32,000 nt of DNA from Candidatus Saccharimonadota bacterium (lineage in GTDB: Bacteria > Patescibacteriota > Gracilibacteria > UBA1369 > 2-02-FULL-48-14). The stretch lies in NCBI GenBank assembly GCA_965230905.1, contig OZ246396.1:780001-812000 (forward strand), read 5' to 3'. Under the pieces are notes generated by a model. That model did not search any database. It was not told the origin of the DNA and was given only the letters and a program-made list of their open reading frames with translations. A program made the translations under genes and the position numbers. How positions within the stretch are numbered: the first letter of the stretch is position 1; every line of letters starts with the position of its first letter. Of this stretch, positions 31,001-32,000 are shown one piece after another.

Positions 31001-31862
31001 GGCGAAAGTGAGCAACCATGGAGTCGATGTAAAATTTTGGATCAGTTTTGTCAGGGGATGTTCGCAGACGCCAGTTTTTTGTGGCCTGGTCTTCATTTTC
31101 AATAAGCCCCAGGTGGGCGATCCGTTCGTGCGCGGTGCAAAGTGGCCTTAATCGCCCAGGATCGTGGACTTTTTCCAGGGCAAAACGTTGGGTATGGTGC
31201 AGAGAGGTGGCGGGTCTTTTGCAGCTTGGGTAGGAACATAGGCTGCTGGTTCGATTGTCGACATATTCAACAATCGCTTTAGGAATGTAGCGAGAGTTGC
31301 TTTGAACAGGTGAGGGTTGTTCAATTTTTTCACGGGCAGCGGCTTCTTTTAGGACTTTCTCTAAGATTTCTTCAAAGTCGCTGCGTTTCTGAATTTCTTT
31401 TAATTGTTTTGCCAGTTCGGGCCTTAGCTCTAAGACCACTTTTTCAGATAGAGATTCCGGCCCGGGCCGGAATTCTACCCTGTAATCTTTTACGTAGGTC
31501 GTCAGGGTGTGCTTGCTCATAGACTTAATCTTTTCAGCCCAAAAGGATTGATTTTCTTCTGTAACTAAGTTGGCCACCGGTTTTACTCGATATAGACCTT
31601 TTTCTTTCACTAAATCAAGAAGGGCAGGCTTGTCTGCTATCTTCTGTAAAACTCGTAGGGCTTCGTCTACCGTGTAGCGACTCATGCCCGCCAGCTTGGC
31701 GGCGTACTCGTAAATGCTGGAGAATTTTTTCTTACGCCAAATTTTTAGGCGATCGATTTCGGGTAGCAGTAAAATGCATTTCCGAGTCCATTCACGCGCG
31801 TTTTGGCCGTATTCTGAGAATTGCTGGTGGAGGACTTGTTCGAGGGGAGTGAGCTTTGCCAT
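30993..31862 (-). CDS. HNH endonuclease domain protein with DUF222-like N-terminal region
   Basis: C-terminal CSYPSCKRPATSLHHTQRFALEKVHDPGRLRPLCTAHERIAH (HNH). It converges on trhO with an 8-nt overlap. Confidence 0.8.
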   Translation of the reverse strand: MAKLTPLEQVLHQQFSEYGQNAREWTRKCILLLPEIDRLKIWRKKKFSSIYEYAAKLAGMSRYTVDEALRVLQKIADKPALLDLVKEKGLYRVKPVANLVTEENQSFWAEKIKSMSKHTLTTYVKDYRVEFRPGPESLSEKVVLELRPELAKQLKEIQKRSDFEEILEKVLKEAAAREKIEQPSPVQSNSRYIPKAIVEYVDNRTSSLCSYPSCKRPATSLHHTQRFALEKVHDPGRLRPLCTAHERIAHLGLIENEDQATKNWRLRTSPDKTDPKFYIDSMVAHFRPT

Positions 31863-32000
31863 AAGAAAGAGTTAAATTCTCATGGCAGTGAGTCGATGAA
31901 TAAATTATAGGCGAGGCTAATCCAAAAATCACTCAAGTTGAGATGACAAAATGGATGGTGAGTATATATTCACCTTTCGGTCACAAAAAAGGAGCCGACA

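Noticed and set aside
1-32000. Alternative genetic code (UGA recoding as in some candidate phyla)
   Set aside because: TGA terminates nrdJ at its expected Cys-rich C-terminus. TGA also ends vapB-like and the acidic 99-aa gene, each directly at the next gene's start. All recognisable genes are intact under the standard code.

Overview
The window is a gene-dense bacterial chromosomal segment read under the standard genetic code. About 40 protein genes and one tRNA are packed with very short or overlapping junctions. No rRNA, CRISPR array, transposase or integrase was found.

Housekeeping genes I recognise from motifs:
- class II (B12-dependent) ribonucleotide reductase nrdJ
- queA, trmB, rlmN and trhO
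- an FtsQ-like protein
- an MFS and a LysE-type transporter
- a MOP-type flippase and a C39-like peptidase
- an ECF sigma/anti-sigma pair
- a GGDEF protein
- tRNA-Pro(GGG)

Gene content, the near absence of Shine-Dalgarno motifs and the compactness suggest a small-genome uncultivated lineage, possibly CPR/Patescibacteria-like. That placement is only a guess.

By hand-sampled GC counts the window is a mosaic. Core genes sit at roughly 53-68% GC. Lower-GC blocks at roughly 32-48% are 15.85-19.5 kb, 20.65-21.3 kb, 22.07-26.5 kb and 28.8-29.9 kb.

The most interesting candidate system is at 12.8-19.6 kb. It is a cytoplasmic cluster of an M15 peptidase, two tandem AstE/AspA-type (M14-like) zinc hydrolases and a fold-type IV aminotransferase. 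Two diverged copies of a roughly 470-510 aa protein family that I cannot assign bracket the peptidase genes. The cluster is arranged around a symmetric 60-bp divergent promoter region.

Other notable items:
- an accessory stretch next to tRNA-Pro with two toxin-antitoxin pairs, an unknown three-gene operon and an extended LMW-phosphatase-like gene
- a His-rich DUF4112-like giant protein converging on a DUF1858-HesB fusion with a Cys-Gly tail
- tandem NrdR-box-like sites over the predicted nrdJ promoter
- a GGDEF domain with an insertion next to its active-site motif

All family assignments come from motif recognition by eye. No searches were run.
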